Shown here piece after piece: positions 16,717 through 26,400 of a stretch of 64,000 bases of DNA. Source of the stretch: Halanaerobacter jeridensis (lineage in GTDB: Bacteria > Bacillota > Halanaerobiia > Halobacteroidales > Halobacteroidaceae). The stretch spans positions 1 through 64,000 of the forward strand of contig NZ_JAFBDQ010000005.1 of assembly GCF_016908315.1 (NCBI RefSeq), read 5' to 3'. The notes under the pieces are model-generated. The model did no database searches. It worked only from the letters and a program-made list of their open reading frames with translations, and was not told the DNA's origin. Position numbers and translations under genes: made by a program. Numbering within the stretch: the first letter of the stretch is position 1; each line of letters begins with the position of its first letter.

Positions 16717-16951
16717 TTATTCTTTGTTCTGGGCCAACAACTTACGAAATCCTCTTTCATCAAAATACGTTACTGCTTCAAAATTAGCCGGATGATTATA
16801 GGCACCTTCCTCAAAATATTCTGTCCTTCCCCTCTTGCTCCACTAAATATTGATTAACTGACCTTGATACAGTAGTCTTTCCTGCACTAGGCAGCCCTTC
16901 TACTAAAATTAAATTTTCTTCCCCTAACACTTCACCTCTCAGTTTTATCAC
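16717..16951 (-). pseudogene. remnant of a P-loop kinase/ATPase-like gene (frameshifted, truncated)
   Basis: The minus-strand translation gives VIKLRGEVLGEENLILVEGLPSAGKTTVSRSVNQYLVEQEGKDRIF, then a stop. It continues in another frame as EYFEEGAYNHPANFEAVTYFDERGFRKLLAQNKE. It is not in the ORF track. Confidence 0.4.
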
Positions 16952-17029
16952 ATAAAACTCTAATTACTATAATATTTCTCTGTAAAACTTAATTCTCATT
17001 CAATTGATTCAACTAAAACTGCACACCAG

Positions 17030-17260
17030 TTAATCAAATTCCGCAAAGTTCTGCGCAAAAACAAAATTTAGTATCGGCTCCCCTTCTTGAAACTCCAACA
17101 TTTCTAATTTTAATTCTTTTCCAGCTAGTTCTTGTCTCGTCTTAATTATTTCTTTTTCTGGGGGAGTATTACTCATTCCTAACAACAAAATAGCTATTAT
17201 TAACATCAATCCTAACAACAATATCTTATTTTTGTTTAACATTTTATTCCCTCCAGTCAT
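17030..17260 (-). CDS. small membrane-anchored protein (76 aa; the start is probably at the internal MLNKNK)
   Basis: One hydrophobic helix (ILLLGLMLIIAILLLG). It overlaps the stop of the TetR gene by 4 nt. Confidence 0.4.
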   Translation of the reverse strand: MTGGNKMLNKNKILLLGLMLIIAILLLGMSNTPPEKEIIKTRQELAGKELKLEMLEFQEGEPILNFVFAQNFAEFD

Positions 17261-17898
17261 TTTCTAATAGACCGCTTAGCAAAATCGAACATAGCTGTTA
17301 TGATCTCTTCTACTTCTCGCTGATGATATCCTTCTAAATAAGCTTTCTTTTTAGCCACCAAACTATTAACTCCCATAATATTGGCCCACAGAATTAATGC
17401 TGTATCAGTAACATCTATATCTTCTCTAATACTTCCATCTGCTATTCCTTCTTTTACCGCAGTAGTTAAAAACTCAAAAGCCTGTTCTCCCTTTTGATAA
17501 TACTCCTGCATCAACTGATCATCACTACTAAAATCTTCTTTTTGGGTTTCATAATTAGCGATTGCCTTAAAGTAATCGGGATATTCTTGATACAACTCTA
17601 AAAAACTACGGCCAATTGTCTCAATCTTGACCCAACCATTTTGTTCAGACATAGCTTCTAAATTCTGTTCTATCAACTTAATAAATTGTTCAAAAGCCCG
17701 AATAATCACTGCTAAATACAACTGCTGTTTACTATTGAAATAAACATAAATAGTTCGTTTACTAAATTATGCTTCTTGGGCTACTTCACTCATGGTAGTA
17801 TCTTCATAACCGTAGGCAAAAAATAATTTTTCTGCCGCATCAACAATCTCTGTTCTATTTATTTCTTTTGCTTTTTCTTTTCTTGATTCAACGCCCAT
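17257..17898 (-). pseudogene. TetR-family regulator with an in-frame TAA
   Basis: The reading frame is continuous from the ATG at 17896-17898 (MGVESRKEKAKEINRTEIVDAAEKLFFAYGYEDTTMSEVAQEA) to the stop at 17257. It is broken only by the TAA at 17767-17769, inside the HTH (..EVAQEA*FSKRTIYVYFNSK..). Confidence 0.75.
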
Positions 17899-17981
17899 AA
17901 TCTATCTCCTTTCATGAAAGTGTAATTAAATAAACTAATAGTTTACTTAATTACATTTTACTCTTTTTTTAATTATTATCA

Positions 17982-18018
17982 AGAAAAAAAGAACATATCT
18001 AATCTCAGACATGTTCTT
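17982..18018 (-). terminator. intrinsic terminator after the 1624-aa gene
   Basis: Stem AAGAACAT (17989-17996) with ATGTTCTT (18011-18018), followed on the minus strand by T7. Confidence 0.65.
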
Positions 18019-18034
18019 AATTACATATTAATTA

Positions 18035-21000
18035 TTAATTTTTTAAACTACTACCAATCAACTTTAAATTTTCTCCAATGTTATTTAATTCATTGACCAC
18101 TTGGATTACTTTTTGCCCGTCTTGATTGGACTTTTTCTTACGGTAGATTTCTTTTATTTCCTGCCATCTTTCTTCTTTCTCTGCTGTCATCCGTCCAGTA
18201 ATTTCATGAAACTTTAACAAACTAGCTTCAGCATGAGTTGCTAAGGTCTGAGCATCATTAATATAACTATTAACTATCAACTTATCCAATTCATCTTCAT
18301 TCATAATCGGGACTACTTTTTCTACAATTTTATTCATATTCCGGTAAGACCCCTGCAGTTTAAATGGTGGTTCTGTTCTATAATCATCATTTTGCGAAGC
18401 AGATTTGATATATTCCATATTAACTCTTAGCACTTCATCTCTAATCTGGAGACAACTTTCTAATACCTTTTGGGCTTCTTCTAACTCTTCTTCAGTATAA
18501 CTACCCTGCAAATTCATTTCTTCTTGCGTCTTAGTTGTAATATCCTCTAATAGTTGATAGATATCTGTTTGATTTTTCATATAAATATTATTTAAATATT
18601 GATTAGACGTGATAGCATTTTCAATATAACTAAGTTTAAAAGCCGATTCATTTTCTCTTAACATATCACCTAAATTATAGACATCAGCCCGATTGGCTAA
18701 CATATCAGGAATCTTAAATTTATCTCCACTTTCAGTATAAGGGTTACCGCCCATTACTACAGCTACCTTTTTACCTCTAAATTGATAAGTTTTACTTTGG
18801 CCTTGATAGACACCATCTATCTTTCTCTGACCGTCGCATAAAGAGATAAACTTCTGTAAAAACTCAGGGTTAGAATGCTGGATATCATCTAAATAAATCA
18901 TCACATTATTACCAATCTCCAGGGCCAAATTCAACTTCGCGAGTTCCTCCCTCGCACTAGCATTTTCAGCTTCCGCCGGATCAAGTGAGGTTACCCCATG
19001 CCCAATTGTCGGACAATTGACTTTAACCAGCATCATACTTAAGCGGTTAGCCACATATTCCACCAAAGTCGTCTTCCCATAACCCGGCGGAGAAATCATC
19101 AACAGCATTCCCATGTTATCAGTCCGCTTATCTTTACCAGCCGTTCCAATCTGTTTAGCTAGATTATCACCAATTAACGGCAGATAAACTTTATCGATTA
19201 ATTTATTGCGGACAAAAGAAGTCAGCACACTCGGCTTTAAATCCTCAAAATTAAACCTACTTTTAAGTTCCGCAATTTTAGCAAACTTTAACTGCTGAAA
19301 CTCCTGATACTGGGGCACAATATTGTTTTTAAAATTATCTAACTTAGCTAAAAAATCCGTTAAGCTAATTTGATACTGCCCATTATCAAGCTGAGGATGA
19401 GTACCTACTAAATTATCAATCTCAATTTGCGATTCTTCATTAATTATACGCCGCTGCTCATAATCATCAACCATTAAAATAGATAATACTTCATCAACAT
19501 AATGATTAAAACTCACTTCTTCTTCATGTAAATAAGACTGCAGCCATTCACTAATTAAAATATACTTTCCTTCCAAATCATCTGCTAATTTTTCCACTGA
19601 ACTATCAAAATCACTTTTAGCACTCTTAGCAATTAGAAAATCAGCAAACTGCTGGTGGATTTCTGCTGCTTCTTTACTAATTGCAAAAGCCTCATTTTGA
19701 CTTATTTCTTTGGCTAAATATTCTGCTGTTTTGTGATACTGACTACATTTAATCCATTCATTATCTGCTGTAAATGATTTGATTTCAGCCGCTAAGATAG
19801 GGATAAAACTAGCCACTAACTCCCGCTGCGAATACTTAGCTATGACATTAACTGTTTTTAATCTCCGCTGCAACTTTTCTTTTTTCTCTGATGCTAAACC
19901 AAACTCCCAAAACAAGTTTGCTACTGCTCTAACTTGAGGACTGTAAGCTGCTAATTCTAATTCACGGTATTTCTCTACTACTGCCTTTAGTATTTTTCGT
20001 CCATCATGATCGTGAACTCCAGTGGTATAATATTCATTAGAATGCTGCTGCATATAATCTTTAATGATTTTAGTTAAAGCCTGCTCATCTTTTTGATAGA
20101 GGTTATCTAATTGATTTTGCTCCTCATATTTTTTAAAGATATTATAGGCTAAAAACTCAGCTCGGTAAACTTCTTTATTTTCAGAAATTACTTCCTGCTC
20201 CCACACCTGCTCGTAAGCACTAAATTCTTCTTGTTCAATCGCTTCCCAAAAGTCAGTACCGGAAATGTGAAAATAAAAGCCGTCATCTTTACGCATTAAA
20301 CTTAACTCAGCTTCTTGATTATTAACTAAGAAATGATGATTGCCGAGCTTAATTGTATTCTCATCTAAAAATAATTCCTGCTTATCTTTTAACTGCTTGA
20401 TACTAGTTTCCCTTAACGATTTAAGTTTGTTTTCAATATCATCTGCTTTGGTGCTCGCTCCAAGGTCAATTAATTCTGCAATAATATCTCTTATCTTATC
20501 AACCATTGGACTAGTAGATAGTAGTTCATTAATCTCTGCTACTTCATCACAAGAATGAACCCGATTCTTTAAACTTTTAAAAATTCTATCCGCCGCATTA
20601 CCTAAAGAATCAATTTTTCGATTCTTCTGTTCCATTAGCTGCTGCTTTTTAGCTTCAAAAGTAGATACTATCTCTTCTCTTTTTTCAGTCAGTAGCACTA
20701 TAAACTCATCAAATTCAGAAAATTTACTCTCTAACTCATCAATTTGGATAATAATTTTAGACATATATGATTCAGTTTTCTCAACAGTAGTTGATAGTTC
20801 TAAATAATTAGCTACAGAATGAGTTAAAAGATTTAACTTAGAATAAAACTCAGCTTCTTTCTCCTGCGCACTTAAATTATCTATTTTGTTTTTGAGCTGT
20901 GACTTGTGCTGATTTAAATTAGAGAATAACGCCGAAATTTTATCAATAATCACTGAAGTTTTAGTCGCATCTTTGATCTTTAGATTATTAACTATATTAA

Positions 21001-22909
21001 TTAACATTTCTAATTCTTCAGAGACTTTTTTTATCTTTTTATTTAATTCTTCACCATCTACTACTTTCTCAATCTCCGGTAATTTATCCTTAATTTCTTG
21101 TACTTCTTCTTGATAGGGTTTTAAACTATTCTCCTGCAGCAGGAAGTTAATACAATCTTGGGCCAAGGTCTCCTGCTTTTCCTTAATCTCTTCCGCTAAT
21201 TCCTCCACCTGCTCTTCTTCCATAAACTGCAGGTCCTTTAGCCCCGCTATTTCGCCTCTCACCTGTCTAATTTGCGTTAGATATTTGACAAAGTCATTAA
21301 TATTCTCAAAACTAGCATAGCTAATTGCTTTTGTAATCTTAGTTACTTTTTCCTTAACTTGCTGATACTGCTGCTCGGTGTTTTCCTTGATTTTGCTGAC
21401 CTTATCAAACTCTTTAATCGCAATTGCTCCTGCTTCTTTAATCTTTAGGAGAGACTCTTTAATCTTAAAAGCTTCCGGTTTATCAAGCCAGAAATAGTTA
21501 TTAATAATATTTTCGGCATCATTAACTATATCTACATACAAACCATAGTAACTGTCATCTTTTTTAGATAAATTATACAGCGAATAACAATCTGCCATGA
21601 CCCTAACTATCTGCTTATTGCCGATATTATATAGAAATTCATCACTTTTCTCTGCAGCATCAGTGCCTACTTCTTTACCAAAAGGCGTTTCCCAAATTTG
21701 GATCGTATGGTTCCGTTTCGCCTCTTGAGCGGCAGTAAAAATTATCATCTCTCCATTATCAAAATGAGTGTAGCCATTACACATAATCGGCGTCTCAATA
21801 TCTTGATGAATAATATTATAATTATGAATTGAATATTCACCAGTTACGCGGTCATAAAAAATATACTGATAGTCTTCTCCATTGAGCGAAGCCTTTTTAT
21901 TTTGAAAAACCATATTGGCATAATTTAACTGAAAACGCTTGAATTCTCCTGACTGCAGAAAAATACCGTCAGGAAAGATCAAGCCTTGGTCTTCTGGTAA
22001 TAAAACCACTGATTTACCAATCGAGTCTATGCGCTCTACTTCTTCTGTCTTTTCATTAAAGACAATATAACGATAATTCTCTTCTTGATAAGGTTTAATC
22101 TTTAGTAAAATAAAGTTACCTACTACAGCGTAAAAGATAGTTGCATCATCAAGCTTTTGGTCTTTCCGTTCTACTTCATCAGAATAAATTCCCTTCCCTG
22201 AATTTGTATTATTCTCTATTTTTAGGGTTACATCGCCATTAATAGTTTCTACAAACAAACGATCGTCAATTGAAATATGGGGATAAAGACCAGCCACCTG
22301 GTCTTCTCTTGTCGTTTCAATCCATTCAATCTCCTGTTGAGGTGGATAAGAGATCTCATGACTAAATCTATTTCCTAAGTATTCTATAGTTTGATTATCT
22401 TTAACTAACCACTTGAAACTTTTAATATCATCTACATTATCCCCGGTTTGAAAGACCATATACAGAAAACCGTTCTTTTCATAAAACTTAGCAAAAAAAC
22501 TTTCTTTATAGTATTGATACAACTCTTTAAAGTCTGCTTTAAAACTCTCATCATCCAGCAGCGTATAATCCGATTTAACAAATCTAGTCCCATTATACTG
22601 ATAAAGAGAAAAGACATCGCTTAATTTAGTTTCAGATTTTAGGCCTAAGTGCACATTATAACCTAAAATAACCTGCTCCCCAACCGAAACTATATCACGC
22701 GGTATACAACTATTTTCTGTTACAATTGCTTCACTATTCTTTAATTTATTCTTTGTTTCTCCATAGATTTCTATTCGCTTTTCTTCTAATTTAGTTAATT
22801 TTTCTTGCAATTCTTCCGCTCGTTCTACTAACCGGTTTCTAATCACATTATAAGAAGCAAAACTATCCTGTTTTTCTTCTGTTGTAGATTCTTTAGCCAC
22901 TTTAACCAC
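18035..22909 (-). CDS. giant AAA+ ATPase-domain protein (1624 aa)
   Basis: The C-terminal third contains Walker A LLMISPPGYGKTTLVEY and Walker B NVMIYLDDIQH. A long central coiled-coil and an N-terminal beta-rich region are also present. The start lies 1 nt after the stop of the flotillin-like gene. Confidence 0.75.
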   Translation of the reverse strand: MVKVAKESTTEEKQDSFASYNVIRNRLVERAEELQEKLTKLEEKRIEIYGETKNKLKNSEAIVTENSCIPRDIVSVGEQVILGYNVHLGLKSETKLSDVFSLYQYNGTRFVKSDYTLLDDESFKADFKELYQYYKESFFAKFYEKNGFLYMVFQTGDNVDDIKSFKWLVKDNQTIEYLGNRFSHEISYPPQQEIEWIETTREDQVAGLYPHISIDDRLFVETINGDVTLKIENNTNSGKGIYSDEVERKDQKLDDATIFYAVVGNFILLKIKPYQEENYRYIVFNEKTEEVERIDSIGKSVVLLPEDQGLIFPDGIFLQSGEFKRFQLNYANMVFQNKKASLNGEDYQYIFYDRVTGEYSIHNYNIIHQDIETPIMCNGYTHFDNGEMIIFTAAQEAKRNHTIQIWETPFGKEVGTDAAEKSDEFLYNIGNKQIVRVMADCYSLYNLSKKDDSYYGLYVDIVNDAENIINNYFWLDKPEAFKIKESLLKIKEAGAIAIKEFDKVSKIKENTEQQYQQVKEKVTKITKAISYASFENINDFVKYLTQIRQVRGEIAGLKDLQFMEEEQVEELAEEIKEKQETLAQDCINFLLQENSLKPYQEEVQEIKDKLPEIEKVVDGEELNKKIKKVSEELEMLINIVNNLKIKDATKTSVIIDKISALFSNLNQHKSQLKNKIDNLSAQEKEAEFYSKLNLLTHSVANYLELSTTVEKTESYMSKIIIQIDELESKFSEFDEFIVLLTEKREEIVSTFEAKKQQLMEQKNRKIDSLGNAADRIFKSLKNRVHSCDEVAEINELLSTSPMVDKIRDIIAELIDLGASTKADDIENKLKSLRETSIKQLKDKQELFLDENTIKLGNHHFLVNNQEAELSLMRKDDGFYFHISGTDFWEAIEQEEFSAYEQVWEQEVISENKEVYRAEFLAYNIFKKYEEQNQLDNLYQKDEQALTKIIKDYMQQHSNEYYTTGVHDHDGRKILKAVVEKYRELELAAYSPQVRAVANLFWEFGLASEKKEKLQRRLKTVNVIAKYSQRELVASFIPILAAEIKSFTADNEWIKCSQYHKTAEYLAKEISQNEAFAISKEAAEIHQQFADFLIAKSAKSDFDSSVEKLADDLEGKYILISEWLQSYLHEEEVSFNHYVDEVLSILMVDDYEQRRIINEESQIEIDNLVGTHPQLDNGQYQISLTDFLAKLDNFKNNIVPQYQEFQQLKFAKIAELKSRFNFEDLKPSVLTSFVRNKLIDKVYLPLIGDNLAKQIGTAGKDKRTDNMGMLLMISPPGYGKTTLVEYVANRLSMMLVKVNCPTIGHGVTSLDPAEAENASAREELAKLNLALEIGNNVMIYLDDIQHSNPEFLQKFISLCDGQRKIDGVYQGQSKTYQFRGKKVAVVMGGNPYTESGDKFKIPDMLANRADVYNLGDMLRENESAFKLSYIENAITSNQYLNNIYMKNQTDIYQLLEDITTKTQEEMNLQGSYTEEELEEAQKVLESCLQIRDEVLRVNMEYIKSASQNDDYRTEPPFKLQGSYRNMNKIVEKVVPIMNEDELDKLIVNSYINDAQTLATHAEASLLKFHEITGRMTAEKEERWQEIKEIYRKKKSNQDGQKVIQVVNELNNIGENLKLIGSSLKN

Positions 22910-22910
22910 C

Positions 22911-24950
22911 TTACTCCATTATCTTTTTAATTGGAGTATTAGCTAGCCCTAGCTCTTTAGCTTTACTTAACACATGATTTAATACAGTTTTCTTAGTACC
23001 AGTGGCGTCATTCATATAATTCATAATTGCACTAGAAATAGTTAAGTTCTTAATTGCTTCTGAATCTAAATTAAAACTATCAATTAAAGATTTAACCTCT
23101 TGTTTAAACTCGTCTCTATCTCCACTGAAAAATGTATCTTTAACATCAGTTAAGACATCAGAATTATCAACTAATCTATCTACCTGTTTTCCTCTCGTAA
23201 TCGAATTAATTAAGTTATCAAAGAACATAGACTCGCCACCGACAATATCCACATTAGCATTCTGTAAGCCGTCTTTCAGGATTTCAGCCTGCGCTTGGGC
23301 AATTTGAGGTTGGATATTGATTTCGGCTAACTCTATTTCTTTATCTTTATTTAATCTCAACTTGAATTCTTCGTGTTCTTTACCAACAGAGTCTAATCGT
23401 TTCATTGCTTCCGCTTTCTTATTAATCCCCTCTGCCTCTGCTACAGCTTTGCCTTTAACTACCTCTGCTTCAGATTCTCCTGTTAACTTGATTGCTTTAG
23501 CTTCTGCTTCAGCCTGCATTTCTTTCACTTTAGCTTGAGTAGCACCTTCTTTTTCAGACGCTTCAGCTTTAGCCTTCATCACTCGAGCATCAGAAATACC
23601 TTCTACAGCAGATTCTTCGGCATTAGCATCAGCCATAATCTTAATCGATTCTGCCTTTTTGCGCGAAGTCTTTAATTCAGTATCAGCCTTAATAACCTCT
23701 TTTTCAGCTAATTCCGATTCACTTTGCTTCTCTGCTTCCGCTAATTTAATCTTTTGCAGTGCCTCTACTTCTGCATCACCTTCTGCAGTAGTAATATTCA
23801 CATCTTTAGCCCGCTTAGCTGCTGCTAATTCTTTAGTATCTTTGATCTTTTCTTCTTCCTCAGCTACCGACTTTTCCACCATCACTCGTTCGCGAATTAC
23901 TTCCTGCATATCTTTCTTTTCTTTCTCTAAGTTCTTATCTTTTTCTATTTGGGCCAAAGAAACTACCTTTTCTCGTTCCGTCTTTTCAATTTCTTGTTCC
24001 TTAGTCACCCGCTCTTCTTCCACAGCTTCAGTCGCCTCTTTAGACTTTTTGGCAACAATTATCTGACGATCCTTATTCTCTTCTGCAATTGCGATTTCTT
24101 CATCAGTTTTAATTCTCGCATTTTCAGACTTTAATCTCTCTTCTTCTTCCACAGTCTTGATTTGCGCACTTTCTCTAGACTTCATATTAGCAATTTCTCG
24201 CTTCTGTTTTTCCTCTGCTTCAGCCTGCTGGCGTTCTAATTCTAAAACTGCCTCTTTAGCACTGACATCCTGTTTGACAATTGTTTTTTCTTTGTTGCGC
24301 TGAATTTCATTTGCTTCCATAGCCTGCGTAGCAGTTAATTCTGTAATCTTTTTAATTCCTTCTGAATCAAGGACATTATTTTCATCTAAGTAATCCAATT
24401 TTGTCTGTTCTAAGTAATCAATCGCTGCATCATCTAAGACATAACCATTTAAATCAGTGCCAATCACCTGTAAAATTTCTTCTTTAAAGGTATCTCGTTC
24501 TGTATATAATTGAGTAAAATCAAACTTCTTTCCTACAGTTTTTAGAGCTTCAGAAAACTTAGCATCAAAAAATCTCATTAACGTATCCGTATCAGAAGCT
24601 TTTTTAGTCCCTAAAGACTTTGCTACCCGCAGCACATCTTCTTCAGTATGGTTAACCCGCACGAAAAAAGCTACTTTAATATCAGCTCGTAAATTATCTT
24701 TACAGACCAACCCATCTTTGCCGTCACGATGAATCTCTACTCTTTTTACTGAAACATCCATTGTCTCCCAGCGGTGCAGGATAGGAACCATCCAAGTTCC
24801 AGTGAAAGAAACTTTCGCTCCCCCAATTCCATTTCTGACAATTGCTGTTCCCTGACCTACTTTCTTGTAAAATAAGAGTAATAATAAAGGAAATCCAATA
24901 AAAACAAGAAATAAAATACCTCCTACTACATACAACACCATCTCTAACAT
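22911..24950 (-). CDS. flotillin-like SPFH/Band-7 protein (679 aa)
   Basis: N-terminal TM helix, then an SPFH-like core (GTAIVRNGIGGAKVSFTGTWMVPILHRWETMDVSVKRVEI...), then a long E/K/A-rich coiled-coil as in YqiK/FloT-type flotillins. Confidence 0.8.
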   Translation of the reverse strand: MLEMVLYVVGGILFLVFIGFPLLLLLFYKKVGQGTAIVRNGIGGAKVSFTGTWMVPILHRWETMDVSVKRVEIHRDGKDGLVCKDNLRADIKVAFFVRVNHTEEDVLRVAKSLGTKKASDTDTLMRFFDAKFSEALKTVGKKFDFTQLYTERDTFKEEILQVIGTDLNGYVLDDAAIDYLEQTKLDYLDENNVLDSEGIKKITELTATQAMEANEIQRNKEKTIVKQDVSAKEAVLELERQQAEAEEKQKREIANMKSRESAQIKTVEEEERLKSENARIKTDEEIAIAEENKDRQIIVAKKSKEATEAVEEERVTKEQEIEKTEREKVVSLAQIEKDKNLEKEKKDMQEVIRERVMVEKSVAEEEEKIKDTKELAAAKRAKDVNITTAEGDAEVEALQKIKLAEAEKQSESELAEKEVIKADTELKTSRKKAESIKIMADANAEESAVEGISDARVMKAKAEASEKEGATQAKVKEMQAEAEAKAIKLTGESEAEVVKGKAVAEAEGINKKAEAMKRLDSVGKEHEEFKLRLNKDKEIELAEINIQPQIAQAQAEILKDGLQNANVDIVGGESMFFDNLINSITRGKQVDRLVDNSDVLTDVKDTFFSGDRDEFKQEVKSLIDSFNLDSEAIKNLTISSAIMNYMNDATGTKKTVLNHVLSKAKELGLANTPIKKIME

Positions 24951-25163
24951 TAAATTTTCCTCCTCATAATAATATAGCTTTTATTTTTTAAGTTGATCCA
25001 ATTTATTTAAGGTTTAAATTTGCTTTAATTATTAAAACATAATTTTGCATATTTTTATATTTTATCCATTTAACATTAAAAAAATAATTAAATTAAATCA
25101 ACTTATTAACAGATATTCAAACTCTAGTTTTATTAAGAATCACCTTAACTCTTGTCCTAGAAT

Positions 25164-25778
25164 TTAATTAAGCAATTTTTCTTTAACTATATATAAATCC
25201 TTTTCTTCCACTTTAGATACTACCACCGCAGCACTACCTTTTAGGATTGTATCTCCTACAGATTTAACATTAATCACAATCGGATAGCCATCAACCATAA
25301 TTTCTGCCTGCCCTATATTTTCTGCATTAATAGTAGATTTCAACACACAATCTTTTCCCACTATCTCTACACTGCTGCTATCTTCCATGGCGGCAAAAAA
25401 TCCTGTTAACGGCTCAGTTAAAGCCTTGGTAAGCAAAACTGCTATAATTATATTTTGCCCAAAAATTAAAAATCCCCCGAACGATTGGGGAGAAATATTA
25501 GTATAATACACTAACATACTTAAGACCCACAATACAAGAAATAAAATAGTCCCATAAATCATAATTGGTACCGCACCAATATTAAGAAACTTAATTATTT
25601 TAACACCGCCGTCAAAATACAGATTCGAAGAACAATCCAGGTCGAAATCAAGATCAAAATCTATCACATTAACTGAAAAGACTCCTAATATCACTGACAG
25701 CCAATAAAAAATAACTATCATTAACAACATCGACGGCAGTATATTTATCCCACTAAACGCAAATGCAATATACTCCAT
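25164..25778 (-). CDS. NfeD/YqiJ-like membrane protein (204 aa)
   Basis: Several N-terminal TM helices and a C-terminal OB-like tail (GQAEIMVDGYPIVINVKSVGDTILKGSAAVVVSKVEEKDLYIV). It lies upstream of the flotillin-like gene, the usual NfeD-SPFH pairing. Confidence 0.7.
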   Translation of the reverse strand: MEYIAFAFSGINILPSMLLMIVIFYWLSVILGVFSVNVIDFDLDFDLDCSSNLYFDGGVKIIKFLNIGAVPIMIYGTILFLVLWVLSMLVYYTNISPQSFGGFLIFGQNIIIAVLLTKALTEPLTGFFAAMEDSSSVEIVGKDCVLKSTINAENIGQAEIMVDGYPIVINVKSVGDTILKGSAAVVVSKVEEKDLYIVKEKLLN

Positions 25779-25960
25779 AAACCTTCATTCTCCTTTTGGC
25801 TTAATGATATTCTCTTGTGTAACTTTCTCGTTACTCATAACTCATCATTGTTATTTTTGTTTTAATTACACTTGGCAGTATTGTAATAAAACCTACAACC
25901 TAGACTTGGCAATGCAAAGTCTCTACAACAGTTAGAATCTCCACAAAACCGGAGTTACTG

Positions 25961-26400
25961 TTTTTGTTTTTTCTGTTTTACTCTTCACTGATTATTATTT
26001 TTCTTGTTACTTTTTACTTGTTACTCTTTTCTTGTCACTGCTTTTTCTTGTTACTGCTTTACTCTTGCACTTGACTTTTATTTTGTGTCTCTTTACTGAT
26101 CACTGTTTTACTGTTTTTATGCTTTATTCTTGAATTTGACTTTTATCTTATCTCTTCACTGATTACTTGTTACTCATCACTGTTTTACTGTTGCACTTGA
26201 CTTTTATTTTGTGTCTCTTTACTGATCACTCATTACTCCTCACTTTTTTTTATCTCTTCACTGATTACTTATTATTGTTTTTCTATTTCACTGTCTTTTG
26301 TGTTTTTTACTGATTATTTGTTACTGATTACTCATCACTATTATTCTGCTTTACTCTTGTATTTGACTTTTATCTCTTCACTAGTCACTCATTACTAATT
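25961..26400 (-). repeat. strand-asymmetric modular degenerate repeat array (purine-rich on the minus strand)
   Basis: GCACTTGACTTTTATTTTGTGTCTCTTTACTGATCACT occurs at about 26067 and about 26192. TTTGACTTTTATCT..TCTCTTCACT(G/A)(A/G)T.AC occurs at about 26134, 26246 and 26362. The region is built from the words TCACT, TTACT and GATTAC. Stop codons are dense in all minus-strand frames. Confidence 0.7.

Noticed and set aside
22432-22617. 61-aa minus-strand ORF nested in the 1624-aa gene
   Set aside because: It is an alternative-frame ORF inside a long, well-supported CDS, and nothing supports independent coding.
23317-24134. Plus-strand ORFs 23317-23538, 23659-24066 and 23949-24134
   Set aside because: They are antisense shadows of the E/K/A-rich coiled-coil region of the flotillin-like gene.
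25961-26400. Whether the T-rich plus strand of the repeat region encodes a hydrophobic protein
   Set aside because: The open plus-strand frames arise only because the strand is almost devoid of purine-rich stop codons. There is no start or RBS context, and the sequence is a degenerate nucleotide-level repeat that also occurs in non-coding spacers elsewhere.
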